DNA from: a plasmid
Length of the DNA stretch: 64,000 nt
Sequence record: NZ_CP081674.1
Direction: 5' to 3' (one strand)
Part shown: piece by piece, positions 27,117 to 36,607 of the stretch
Layout of the letters: each line of letters begins with the position of its first letter
Numbering within the stretch: position 1 is the first letter of the stretch
The notes under the pieces: generated by a model
Told to the model about the DNA's origin: nothing
The model's database searches: none
Seen by the model: the letters and a program-made list of their open reading frames with translations, nothing else
Made by a program: the position numbers and the translations under genes

Positions 27117-27467
27117 ATGCCCCTGACCGCGCTGATACCGCCTCCGTCGCAATGCCGCACATGCGGGCATCCGATCCGCTGGACCTACGCCTATGTGGCC
27201 GCACCGGATACCCAACAGGGCATGTCCGCGTCCCGACTCGAAAAGACAGTCCTACCAAGGTGCCCCGGCGGCTGCGGACAGACCGTCAGCGACCACCACG
27301 ATCCGTGCGACTCCTGCTGGGACCGGTTGCCGACCGAGCTGAAACGCGGCCTACTGCTCTCCCTCACAGGTCTCGACATCAACGCTGCCCGCATCAACGT
27401 CGCCGCCTACTTGCATGCCAATCCAGGGCAGACAAGGAACCTAACCGAAAGGACGAATGAATCATGA
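27117..27467 (+). CDS. small Cys-rich (zinc-ribbon-like) protein
   Basis: 'CRTCGHPIRW…CPGGCGQTVSDHHDPCDSC'; the start is set at MPLTALIPP. Confidence 0.35.
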   Translation: MPLTALIPPPSQCRTCGHPIRWTYAYVAAPDTQQGMSASRLEKTVLPRCPGGCGQTVSDHHDPCDSCWDRLPTELKRGLLLSLTGLDINAARINVAAYLHANPGQTRNLTERTNES

Positions 27468-27922
27468 GCACTCACACCCTCTCTCGACACATCCGTCCAC
27501 CCCGCACTGTGGGGCGACGTCTTCGGCTCTTCCTGCGACACGACCCTCTCGCGCGCATCTCAAGCCCCAACGACGCGATCACGCTGGCTGATCAAACGCT
27601 GACCGGCATCGGCATCACCTACAGGGACACCATCTGGTGGTCGGGCATCGCGCGTACCCCGCTGGCCGCCCTCATCCACACGGCATCCGGGGCCGGTCAC
27701 GGGCACGGAATCCAATGGGTACTCGACACGGCCCGCCAGCTGCACCTGGCTGACGTGACAGACCCGCTGTGGAACCAGGCTCAGGCATGCTGCAACCGGC
27801 CCACCACCACGATGACGCTGCGAACCGCACTTGCTCAGCTGCGGACTCTGCCGGTCGAGCATCGTCGCCACATCACCGCGTTGTTGGTCGAGGCCGCGGC
27901 CTGCCTACAGCAGAGCCGATGA
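27464..27922 (+). CDS. hypothetical protein
   Basis: 152-aa ORF with ATGA overlap with the upstream gene. Confidence 0.3.
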   Translation: MSTHTLSRHIRPPRTVGRRLRLFLRHDPLARISSPNDAITLADQTLTGIGITYRDTIWWSGIARTPLAALIHTASGAGHGHGIQWVLDTARQLHLADVTDPLWNQAQACCNRPTTTMTLRTALAQLRTLPVEHRRHITALLVEAAACLQQSR

Positions 27923-27980
27923 CCTCATCTCGCGCCGGATGCCGACATCTGTCACCTCGACCGGCGGCAAGGAGGCCGCG

Positions 27981-28790
27981 ATGAGCGCCGTCAACCCTCG
28001 CGCGGCGGCGGCCCGAGCTCGCCGTAAAGCCCTTGCCGAGCAGGGATGGCGGAACTTCTGCGCCGCGCTGGGCTACCCAGATCCCGACACCATCACCCAG
28101 GAGAGGACAATATGGCAGGAAAGCGACGCACAGGTCCGGGCCAAGATCAGCCCGATCTGTTCAGCATCCTCGACGGGGAAGGTGGCAGTGACCAGCCCGG
28201 AGATACGCCAGATCGTGGACAACATCTACAGCCAGCACCTCCAACTACCCCAGAACTGGACCGCCGGCCAGCGCGAGAAGTTCCTGGAGAACGAGGCTTC
28301 GCGGATCAGCCTGCAGATCGCGGACCTAGCAGCCCAAATGGGGGAGCAGGCCGTTCAACACTGGCAGAACCAGAACGGTCACCCGCCGGACTATCTGACC
28401 AAAGTCGGGCTGCTGAACAACGCCCGGTCGCAGGCGATGGAAACAGTGCTCAACAACGAACTCTACGAACAGATTCCCCAGACCGAGGACCCCAACGATC
28501 TCGAAGCACCGACGACCGAGACACTGGCTCGCAGCCAGGTGCCCTGGGATCAGCGCTGGACGAGCCCCCGGTATCGCAGCGAGCCCAGCGAGCAGATCGA
28601 GGACCTGGCCGCGGCGATTTGGCCGGCCCCGGATTTCTCGGCGGTGTTTCGGATCAAGGCGCAGTATCTGCTGGCGGCCCGCGCCGAGGACCAGCTTCCG
28701 CTGCCCACCCATCAGCACGACCCGCTGGCCGCGACACTGGCCGACCTGGTCTACAACGATCTGCGCCACGACGGCCTGCCAGAGCGCTAG
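27981..28790 (+). CDS. hypothetical protein (Gln/Trp-rich, natural composition) immediately upstream of methylase-helicase
   Basis: ATG at 27981 is preceded by a perfect SD AAGGAGG at 27969-27975. The composition is clearly coding, unlike the overlapping Arg/Gly/Pro frame of the giant ORF. Confidence 0.5.
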   Translation: MSAVNPRAAAARARRKALAEQGWRNFCAALGYPDPDTITQERTIWQESDAQVRAKISPICSASSTGKVAVTSPEIRQIVDNIYSQHLQLPQNWTAGQREKFLENEASRISLQIADLAAQMGEQAVQHWQNQNGHPPDYLTKVGLLNNARSQAMETVLNNELYEQIPQTEDPNDLEAPTTETLARSQVPWDQRWTSPRYRSEPSEQIEDLAAAIWPAPDFSAVFRIKAQYLLAARAEDQLPLPTHQHDPLAATLADLVYNDLRHDGLPER

Positions 28791-31700
28791 CCCAACCCTC
28801 ACTTTTCGACGAGGTCGTCGACCAACCCACCGACCCACGCACGATCGACCCCGGCGGCCACGAACTTCCGCCACCGCAACAACCGGCCGAGCCCGTCCCC
28901 ACGCCAACGGTCTCGGCCGACCCCGACCAGCCGCAGCAGGATGTCGACCAGACCGCGCCCGGGCCGACAGCCCCCACCACACCGACGGCGGCATACCGAA
29001 CCCCGACCGACTTTCCCGCCAGCACCGACACGCTAGTCCCCTCCGGAGCGAAGGCACGCGTCCGCGCCAACATCACCGCGATCGAGCTGCTCGAGAAGCT
29101 GCGCGAAGCCGACCGACCCGCAACCACCGACGAGCAGGCAGTCCTTGCCGCATGGTCGGGATGGGGAGCGGTGCCAGCAGTGTTCGACCACCGCAACGAC
29201 ACCTTCGCCGACCAACGTCAACGCCTCCACGACCTACTCACCCCCGATCAGTACCGCCAGGCCGAAGCCTCGGTACTCAACGCCCACTACACCGATCCCG
29301 CTCTGGCTCAGATCATCTGGCAAGCAGTGCGGCGTGCCGGATTCTCCGGTGGCCGGGTCCTCGAACCCGGATGCGGCAGCGGCACATTCATCAGCCACGC
29401 ACCCGAAGACGCGGTCATGGTCGGAGTCGAGAACGACGCGATCACCGCGGCGATCGCTGCCCATCTGTATCCCTCGGCCCAGATCCGACATGAAGGGTTC
29501 GAAGCCACACGCGTCCCCGAGAACAGCTTCGCCGCGGTCATCGGCAACGTCCCCTTCGGCCAGTACGTCATCGCGGACCCCAGCCACAATCCTCAACGCC
29601 TGACCGTCCATAACCACTTCATCGTGAAATCGTTGGCCCTGACCGCCCCTGGTGGATACGTCGCGGTCCTCACCAGCCGCTACACCCTCGATGCCACCAA
29701 AGACACCGCCCGCAGCGCCATCGCCGGATACGGCGACCTCATCGGAGCAGTTCGACTGCCGTCCAAGGCATTTAGCCGAGTCGCCGGAACCGACGTGGTC
29801 ACCGATCTGCTCATCTTGCGCCGCCGCGACCCGCAACAGCCCGTGCCCGATGTGGTCCCAGAGTGGGTTACCACCACCGCACCCATGCTCGACGACGAAG
29901 GCGAGCCCACCGACCTGTTCATCAACAGCTACTACGCCGCCCACCCCGGTCACGTACTGGGCAGTATGCGGATCGGTCGAGGCCTCAACGGCTCACCCAG
30001 CCTCGCCGTCGGCGGCGAAACCGGGCCCGCGCTGGCGCAGCAGCTTGACCAATGCCTGACCGAAATCATCGATGACGCCATCGACAGCAGCCGCGGCCTC
30101 ACCGCCACCGTCGGCGACCTCACCGTCGTCTCTGCCGAAACCTTCGACCCGGGCCTGATCACCGCCGCCGACCGTGGCGACGAGACGCCCCTCTACACCC
30201 TGCGCTACAACCCCGAGACCAAGAGAATCGACTACTGGTCAGGCCACGCCTGGGAGCCAAACAAGACCCCGAAGTCTCGACTGGGCGAGACCCGTGAACT
30301 GATCGCCCTCCGCGACGTCGCCACCAGCCTCATTCACTCCCAACGCGACGGCCGCCCGCAAGCCGAGCGTGACCAACTGCGCGGCCACCTCAACACGCTC
30401 TACGACAACTACGTGCGCCGGCACGGTCCGATCAACCGATTCACGTGGGTCCACCCGAAAGAGATCACCCAGGCGCGTCACGATGAAAAACTCGCCGCCA
30501 CCGAGGCCCGATGGCGGGAAAAGGAAGGACAACCCGGCGCCCCGTACCGTGGCCCAATCCCCGACGAGCTACTCGCACAATGGGACAGCGCCGCCTGGGA
30601 AGCCCCCGCTCCCTACAAGAAACGGTCCCATCTAGACGGAGGCATGCGCCACGACCCCGGGTGGGCCATCGTGTGCGCGCTGGAGGACTTCGACGAAGAC
30701 ACCGGGCTGGCCCGCAAATCCCCGATCTTCTCCACGGACCTGCTCACCCCAGCCCCCGAACGAATCCATGCTGATACGCCCGAAGATGCACTGGCGATGA
30801 GCCTGGACCGCAACCTGCGGGTCGATCTCGACTACATCGCCGAGCTGCTCGAAGTTCCCGTCGATGACGCCCGCGACCTGCTCGACGGACTGGTATATCC
30901 CAGCCTCGACGACCCCGACGAGTTGATCCCCGCTGTCACCGCCCTATCCGGCAACGTGCGTCGCAAGCACACCGAAGCTGCGCTCGCGGCTGAGCACAAC
31001 CCGGTGTATCGCCGCTATGCAGAGGTGCTGCGCGATCTGGTCCCACCCGACCGCACGGCCGACCAGATCAAGGTACGACCCGGAGCACCGTGGGTCGACG
31101 CACGTTACATCGCTCAGTTCGCCGAGGAAACCTTCGGGATAACCGATGTGATCGCCGAGCACCTCGGCGGCCGCTGGACCGTCGATGTCGCCAAGTACAA
31201 GCGCCACGGCCGGCTCATGACCGAGACCTGGGGACTGGACCGTGATCGCTGCGACGCGGTGAGTCTGCTCGAAGCCCTCTGCAACTCCCGCAGCATCGTT
31301 CTGCACACCGATGAAGGTGTGCTCGACACCCAGGCGACCTTCGCCGCACAGGCCAAGTGCGACAAGATCACCGAAGAGTTCCAAAAGTGGATCTTCAACG
31401 ACCCACAACGCACCGAGGTTCTCGTCGCCGAATACAACGAGCGATTCAACTCGTTGCGAGCGCCCAGCTACGACGGCTCCAAACTGCAGCTACCCGGATT
31501 GTCGGATCACTTCACGCCGCACTTCTACCAGCGCAACGCTGTCGCGCGCATCATCGCCGAGCCCGCCACTCTTCTCGATCACGTTGTGGGGGCCGGGAAA
31601 ACAGGCACCATGCTGATGGCTGCGATGGAGCTGCGCCGGCTCGGCTTGGTCCGTCAACCATGGATCGTGGTGCCCAACCACATCGTCGAGCAGGTCGGCC

Positions 31701-34264
31701 GGGAAGCCAACCAGTGGTACCCCGCAGCGCGGGTGCTTCTCGGGTCGGCCGCCACCACCGCAGAAGGACGTCGCCGGTTCATCGCCCAATCAGCTTCCAG
31801 CGATTGGGATCTGGTCATCATTCCGCAATCCGCGTTCACGGCGATCCGCGTGAACGCGGGTGTAGTGCGAGACTACGTAGAAGAGCAACTCGACGATCTT
31901 CGCGCGCAACTGGCCACCGCAGATTCTGACCGGACCGTCAAGCGCATCGAGCTCGCCATCAAACAGACCCAGGAGCGGCTGCAACGGCTCGTTGATCAGG
32001 CCCGCAAAGATCAAGGTCTGGGCTTTGAGAACTGCGGATGCGACTACCTGTTCATCGACGAAGCCCACATGTACAAAAACAAGGCCCGCGTCTGCAACAT
32101 CGAAGAGTTGTCCTGCCCCACGTCCAGCCAACGTGCAGAGGACCTCACCCTCAAACTGAGGATACTTCGGCAACGGCGGCGCGACGAGGCCCGCGCTGCC
32201 GGCATCCCCGAGGACAAGGTCGTCGAGCGAGTCGCCACCTTGCCAACCGGAACGCCGATCGCCAACTCACTGGGGGAGTTGTGGGTGATGCAGAGCTACC
32301 TGCGCCCCGACCTCATGCGCGACGCAGGTGTTGAAGACTTGGGCGACTGGGGCGCGGCCTTTACCACCACCGTCACGACCGTCGAAGTCAACGCCACCGG
32401 AACCAAGCTGCGGCCCGTCACCCGGGTCGGCAAGTTCACCAATCTGCCCGAACTTCTGGCATTGTCGTCGGCCTACACCGACGTCGTCACCCGCGACATG
32501 GTGCCGGTGAGATTGCCGGCCCTGCGCACCGGGCAGCGCCAAATCGTCAGCCTGCAACCCGACATCCAGGTCAGCGACTTCATCGCCGATCTGGGTTACC
32601 GAGCCGACCACCTCGACGCCCGGCAGGCTCACCGCGACAACACCCTCAAGATCGCCAACGATGGCCGAAATGTGTCGCTCGATCCACGGCTGGCGCACCT
32701 TCCCAAGCCCGCCTACAGCCGCGCCGAAGCCGTGTCCGACCGCATCATGGGCGTCCACACCCGGCTGGCCGACCGCGTCTACCACGACATGGACACCGGA
32801 GAACCACTCGACCGCACCGGCCCGTTGCAGATCGTGTTCTGCGACCGTGGCACACCGTCTAAAGACCCCAACCAGTTCACCATCTACCAGGCCATCAAAG
32901 ACGAACTCATCGCACGCGGGATGCCGGCCTCAGCGATCAGATTCGTTCATGAAGCACGCAAACCCAGCGAACTGAAAGCGCTTTTCGCCCAATGCAATCG
33001 CGGCGAGGTGTCGGTCTTGATAGGAAGCACTGAGAAGATGGGCACGGGCACCAACGTGCAAGCACGAGCTGCGGCTCTGCACCACGTCGACGTTCCCTGG
33101 CGGCCATGCGACCTCGAACAACGCGAGGGGCGAATCATCCGCCAAGGCAACCAGAACGAAGAAGTGGACATCTTCAACTACGTCACCGAGGGAACTTACG
33201 ACACCGTGATGTGGCAGAAAGTACAAGCCAAATCGCTGTTCATCGAACAGATGCGCCGCAAAGAGGTCGTCGACCTCGAAATCGAAGACCTCAGCGGCGG
33301 CGACATCGGCTCGGCTGCCGCCGAGACCAAGGCGATCGCCACCGGCGACCCCCGCTACATCCGGCAGGTCGAACTCGACGACGAGGTGCGCCGCCTTAGC
33401 TCCCTCGAACGCGCACATCACGATTCAGTACGGCAACGCGACTGGAGAGTCAGAGAACTGGAACGCTCAATTCCCCATCAGCACAACCAGATCGAAAAGC
33501 TCGACCCACACGTCGCCGACGTCGAACAGCATATCGCCAACGAAACGCCACTCAAGATTGCGATCGACGGGAAGACGTACAGCGACCGAGCCAACCAGGC
33601 CGGCGCCGTGTCGTCAGCGTGCCGCCAGGCCTACCACCGGCTCAAAGAGGGCGCCTCCCGCTTCGAGCCGATCGGCATCACGATCAACGGTGTGGAGGTG
33701 CTTGGTTCGCGCTCGCTCATGCACGACATGCTGATCCTGCGGCTGGCGGTACCCTCACGCACGTCCGACATCAAGAGCCACGATCTATTGGACACTGCCT
33801 CATCGGGGGAGACCGGCGCCGCCAAGGCACGCGGACTGGTCAAGCGTATCGAGAACCTCTACAGCGGACTGCCCGCCCATCGCGCCAACCTGCAGGCCAA
33901 CCTCGACAGCGACCAACGCCAACTCGATGATCTGCAGGCCAACCCACCCGCACCGTTCGAACACGGCGACCAACTCGACGCCAAAAAAGCCGAACTCGCG
34001 GCACTCACACTGGAGCTACGACTGGCAGCCGACAGCCCCGAAGGCAGGGAGAAGGCCCGCGCCGCCGACGAACGCATGATGATGCGCGGCCGCAAACCGG
34101 GATGGAGCCTGCTGCTGAACCCGACGCCGGCGGTACTGGAGGAAACCGGCTGCCCCACCGCCGATGTGCTGCGCCGCAAGATTGCCGTACGTGAGCGAAT
34201 GGCGATCGCTGACCACCATCGTGATCTCGACGACGGCACACCCGGCCACGAACACGAGCTCTAA
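28790..34264 (+). CDS. giant N6-adenine DNA methyltransferase :: SNF2/DEAD-box helicase fusion (phage P1 DarB-like / conjugative anti-restriction type); start codon unresolved
   Basis: MTase motif I 'VLEPGCGSGTF' and motif IV 'NVPFG'. Helicase motif I 'VVGAGKTGT', motif II 'LFIDEAHMYKN', motif VI 'QREGRIIRQGN'. The conserved N-terminal 'NITAIELLEKLREADRPATTDEQAVLAAWSGWGA' resembles the N-terminus I recall for proteins of this class. The ORF is open from 28046, but its 5' 745 bp overlap the 27981..28790 gene in a compositionally non-coding frame. Confidence 0.8.
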   Translation, partial: AQPSLFDEVVDQPTDPRTIDPGGHELPPPQQPAEPVPTPTVSADPDQPQQDVDQTAPGPTAPTTPTAAYRTPTDFPASTDTLVPSGAKARVRANITAIELLEKLREADRPATTDEQAVLAAWSGWGAVPAVFDHRNDTFADQRQRLHDLLTPDQYRQAEASVLNAHYTDPALAQIIWQAVRRAGFSGGRVLEPGCGSGTFISHAPEDAVMVGVENDAITAAIAAHLYPSAQIRHEGFEATRVPENSFAAVIGNVPFGQYVIADPSHNPQRLTVHNHFIVKSLALTAPGGYVAVLTSRYTLDATKDTARSAIAGYGDLIGAVRLPSKAFSRVAGTDVVTDLLILRRRDPQQPVPDVVPEWVTTTAPMLDDEGEPTDLFINSYYAAHPGHVLGSMRIGRGLNGSPSLAVGGETGPALAQQLDQCLTEIIDDAIDSSRGLTATVGDLTVVSAETFDPGLITAADRGDETPLYTLRYNPETKRIDYWSGHAWEPNKTPKSRLGETRELIALRDVATSLIHSQRDGRPQAERDQLRGHLNTLYDNYVRRHGPINRFTWVHPKEITQARHDEKLAATEARWREKEGQPGAPYRGPIPDELLAQWDSAAWEAPAPYKKRSHLDGGMRHDPGWAIVCALEDFDEDTGLARKSPIFSTDLLTPAPERIHADTPEDALAMSLDRNLRVDLDYIAELLEVPVDDARDLLDGLVYPSLDDPDELIPAVTALSGNVRRKHTEAALAAEHNPVYRRYAEVLRDLVPPDRTADQIKVRPGAPWVDARYIAQFAEETFGITDVIAEHLGGRWTVDVAKYKRHGRLMTETWGLDRDRCDAVSLLEALCNSRSIVLHTDEGVLDTQATFAAQAKCDKITEEFQKWIFNDPQRTEVLVAEYNERFNSLRAPSYDGSKLQLPGLSDHFTPHFYQRNAVARIIAEPATLLDHVVGAGKTGTMLMAAMELRRLGLVRQPWIVVPNHIVEQVGREANQWYPAARVLLGSAATTAEGRRRFIAQSASSDWDLVIIPQSAFTAIRVNAGVVRDYVEEQLDDLRAQLATADSDRTVKRIELAIKQTQERLQRLVDQARKDQGLGFENCGCDYLFIDEAHMYKNKARVCNIEELSCPTSSQRAEDLTLKLRILRQRRRDEARAAGIPEDKVVERVATLPTGTPIANSLGELWVMQSYLRPDLMRDAGVEDLGDWGAAFTTTVTTVEVNATGTKLRPVTRVGKFTNLPELLALSSAYTDVVTRDMVPVRLPALRTGQRQIVSLQPDIQVSDFIADLGYRADHLDARQAHRDNTLKIANDGRNVSLDPRLAHLPKPAYSRAEAVSDRIMGVHTRLADRVYHDMDTGEPLDRTGPLQIVFCDRGTPSKDPNQFTIYQAIKDELIARGMPASAIRFVHEARKPSELKALFAQCNRGEVSVLIGSTEKMGTGTNVQARAAALHHVDVPWRPCDLEQREGRIIRQGNQNEEVDIFNYVTEGTYDTVMWQKVQAKSLFIEQMRRKEVVDLEIEDLSGGDIGSAAAETKAIATGDPRYIRQVELDDEVRRLSSLERAHHDSVRQRDWRVRELERSIPHQHNQIEKLDPHVADVEQHIANETPLKIAIDGKTYSDRANQAGAVSSACRQAYHRLKEGASRFEPIGITINGVEVLGSRSLMHDMLILRLAVPSRTSDIKSHDLLDTASSGETGAAKARGLVKRIENLYSGLPAHRANLQANLDSDQRQLDDLQANPPAPFEHGDQLDAKKAELAALTLELRLAADSPEGREKARAADERMMMRGRKPGWSLLLNPTPAVLEETGCPTADVLRRKIAVRERMAIADHHRDLDDGTPGHEHEL

Positions 34265-34527
34265 CCACAGGATGCCAATGCGGCGCTACTTGTAGCGCCG
34301 CGGCACCAGCACCGCCTACCTTCTATCGCATGCACCCCCACGTCGGGCACCGCGCCGCAGACCGCGACCAACGCGGAGCTCGGGTAGGGGAGGAGGGCCA
34401 CCTGGCTACCGTGACGCTGCTGGCCGATGTGCGGCACCGTCGCGCCCGAACGCGTCACCCTCAGCGCACTCCGCGCCGAGGGCCAAATGTGCTCTCAGCG
34501 TGGCTGTTACAGTTCCTGGCGTCCACG

Positions 34528-34938
34528 ATGGACCACGGATGCATCGTGCGCACCAGCATGGCATCACTATCAACGTGGGCTGAACTCATGAGCGCGGTAG
34601 ACGAGTCCGACGACATCGCCGACCGCGACGGTGGCCCCCGAATTGACGTAACTCCCGTCGAGAGCGCCCAGTTCGCGGCGATCGAGCACACCCACCAGTT
34701 ACTGACTGACCTGAATGCCCGTCCCCGCCTCGATATCGAAGTCGCGTGCAACACCGACAGCCTTACCCTGACGCTGCGCGGCATCCTTGCTGACCCGGTG
34801 ATGACGCCGCACATCGCCGACTCCATCACCGGCACGCTGCAGGCCAATGCCGGCCAACACCACTGGTATCTCGACGCGACCGACTCGGGAAGCCTGCGCT
34901 GGGAACTCGCTGCCGCCTACAGCGCGATGCTCCCGTAG
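34528..34938 (+). CDS. hypothetical acidic protein (start uncertain)
   Basis: Weak; the first 65 codons of the ORF are Arg-rich and probably non-coding. Confidence 0.25.
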   Translation: MDHGCIVRTSMASLSTWAELMSAVDESDDIADRDGGPRIDVTPVESAQFAAIEHTHQLLTDLNARPRLDIEVACNTDSLTLTLRGILADPVMTPHIADSITGTLQANAGQHHWYLDATDSGSLRWELAAAYSAMLP

Positions 34939-35648
34939 CCGGCGGTCGCCGCGCCCATGACGGCCGCGGCCTGCGCCGCCGCCGCTTGCGCCTGCTCGAT
35001 CACATCGCGTGCCTCAGATGCCTTGGCGTCCAAGAAACTGGCCAACTGTTGACGGCCCGCTGGGGTGTCCAGAGACGGTTGCAAGGCCGCCATACCCGCT
35101 TCAACATCAGCCTGGATAGTGCGCAGGCGCTCCTGGGCGGTTCGAGCGAACTGCCCAGCATCCCGCATCCCCCTGCCTAACTGCTTGTCCAGTTCGCCTC
35201 GATGGCGCGCCGTCTGCACCAGCGCAGCGTCGGCAGCCTTCGCCTCATCAGCGGCGTTGCCCGACCACCCCATGGTATGCGTCTGCCACGGAGGCGACTG
35301 GGGTTCCCGCGCACTACCGGGCGGCATCCAGATCCCCGGTGCGATCTCCGTCCAATGCAAGCCCGGTCCGAGGGCTTCGGGGTCCTGCACGACCGGCATC
35401 GGATGTGGAGCGTCCCCGGTGCCGTGAAGGTTGTCCAGCGTGCTGCGGGGCATCGATCCGCCACCCGAGGGCGGAGCTACCGACTGCGGTGGGGGAGGCC
35501 GATACGGTTCGGCGGGTGGCTGTAAGCCCCCGTTGTCCGGCCCATCTGGTAGCAACGGGGCAGGCTGGCCCGGCCCCGACTGCCGAACACCGGTCAACGT
35601 GGCCAACGTCGCCGTTAGGTCCTGAGCCAAGCGATCCAGAACGCTCAC
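34917..35648 (-). CDS. Pro-rich protein with C-terminal 'LDTPAGRQQLASFL' domain (paralog of domain in 8671..10293)
   Basis: Shared motif block; a Pro/Gly-rich N-terminal half. Confidence 0.5.
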   Translation of the reverse strand: MSVLDRLAQDLTATLATLTGVRQSGPGQPAPLLPDGPDNGGLQPPAEPYRPPPPQSVAPPSGGGSMPRSTLDNLHGTGDAPHPMPVVQDPEALGPGLHWTEIAPGIWMPPGSAREPQSPPWQTHTMGWSGNAADEAKAADAALVQTARHRGELDKQLGRGMRDAGQFARTAQERLRTIQADVEAGMAALQPSLDTPAGRQQLASFLDAKASEARDVIEQAQAAAAQAAAVMGAATAGYGSIAL

Positions 35649-35818
35649 AACTCAACGATAACGGCACGCGGCCGCGCCGCCGAGACCGTTTCACCATCCC
35701 GGGCCAGGCGCCGTAGACGACGTTCCCGAACGCACACCACCTGCAAATGCTCAACAGGCTGGTATCGCCGCCAGTACATTGACGATTCACCGCAACGCAG
35801 CACCCAGAAGGAGTCCCC

Positions 35819-36514
35819 GTGTCGCTGAAAGAAGACCTGGAGAAATATGTTGCGGAAACCCACAAGAACCAGTGGAAAACCCGCGACGGAACCCAGGTCC
35901 CAGACACCGACGACCTATCGCTGTCCAACGATGCCGTGAAACTCGAAGCCACCGTGCTATATGCCGACCTCGGCGGATCGACCCAGATGGTGAAGAACTA
36001 CGACGACTGGTTCGCGGCCGAAATCTACAAGAACTACCTTTACTGCGCCGCCCGGATCATCCGATACCAAGGCGGTGTCATCACGGCCTACGACGGGGAC
36101 CGCATCATGGCCGTCTTCATCGGGGATTCCAAGAACACGAACGCGGCCAAATGTGGCCTCAGAATCAACTACGCGGTTATCGAAATACTCCGGCCGGCCA
36201 TCAAGAAGCAATACCCCAACAGCACCTTCAACCTCAAACAACGGGTCGGGATCGACACCTCAGACTTGTTCATAGCTCGCACCGGAATCAGGGGGAGCAA
36301 CGATCTCGTATGGGTCGGGAATGCCGCCAACAATGCCGCCAAGATGGCCGCGCTGTCCACGGACTACCCGACGTACATCAGCGCGGACGTCTACTCCATG
36401 CTCAACGACTCATCCAAGTACGGTGGCGACCCCAAGCAGAACATGTGGACCCCTCTCGGCTCACGTGCACTCGGATACGACATCTACGGATCGACCTATT
36501 GGTGGAGCTTCTGA
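35819..36514 (+). CDS. stand-alone class III nucleotidyl (adenylyl/guanylyl-type) cyclase catalytic domain
   Basis: Motifs 'VLYADLGGSTQM' (F-x-D-x-x-G-F-T equivalent), 'GDRIMAVF' and 'GIDTSDLFIARTGIRGSNDLVWVGNAANNAAKMAAL' (G…D..G..VN.AAR). GTG start with AAGGAG 8 nt upstream. GC is visibly lower than flanks (AAR/GAR-rich codons). Confidence 0.65.
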   Translation: MSLKEDLEKYVAETHKNQWKTRDGTQVPDTDDLSLSNDAVKLEATVLYADLGGSTQMVKNYDDWFAAEIYKNYLYCAARIIRYQGGVITAYDGDRIMAVFIGDSKNTNAAKCGLRINYAVIEILRPAIKKQYPNSTFNLKQRVGIDTSDLFIARTGIRGSNDLVWVGNAANNAAKMAALSTDYPTYISADVYSMLNDSSKYGGDPKQNMWTPLGSRALGYDIYGSTYWWSF

Positions 36515-36607
36515 CGCCGGCTGAGCAGCGGTCCGGTGCCTTGGTTGGAACGCTGATGCATGAAACGGCGATTGATCGTGCTGGTATGACCCGAATGCCC
36601 ATCCGGG

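Noticed and set aside
28046-28790. 5' 745 bp of the 2,072-codon ORF as true coding N-terminus of the methylase-helicase
   Set aside because: - This frame encodes Arg/Gly/Pro/Asp-rich low-information sequence.
- The overlapping frame (27981..28790) has a perfect SD and natural amino-acid composition.
- Both cannot be coding; I treated the overlap as non-coding for the giant ORF and flagged the start problem instead.
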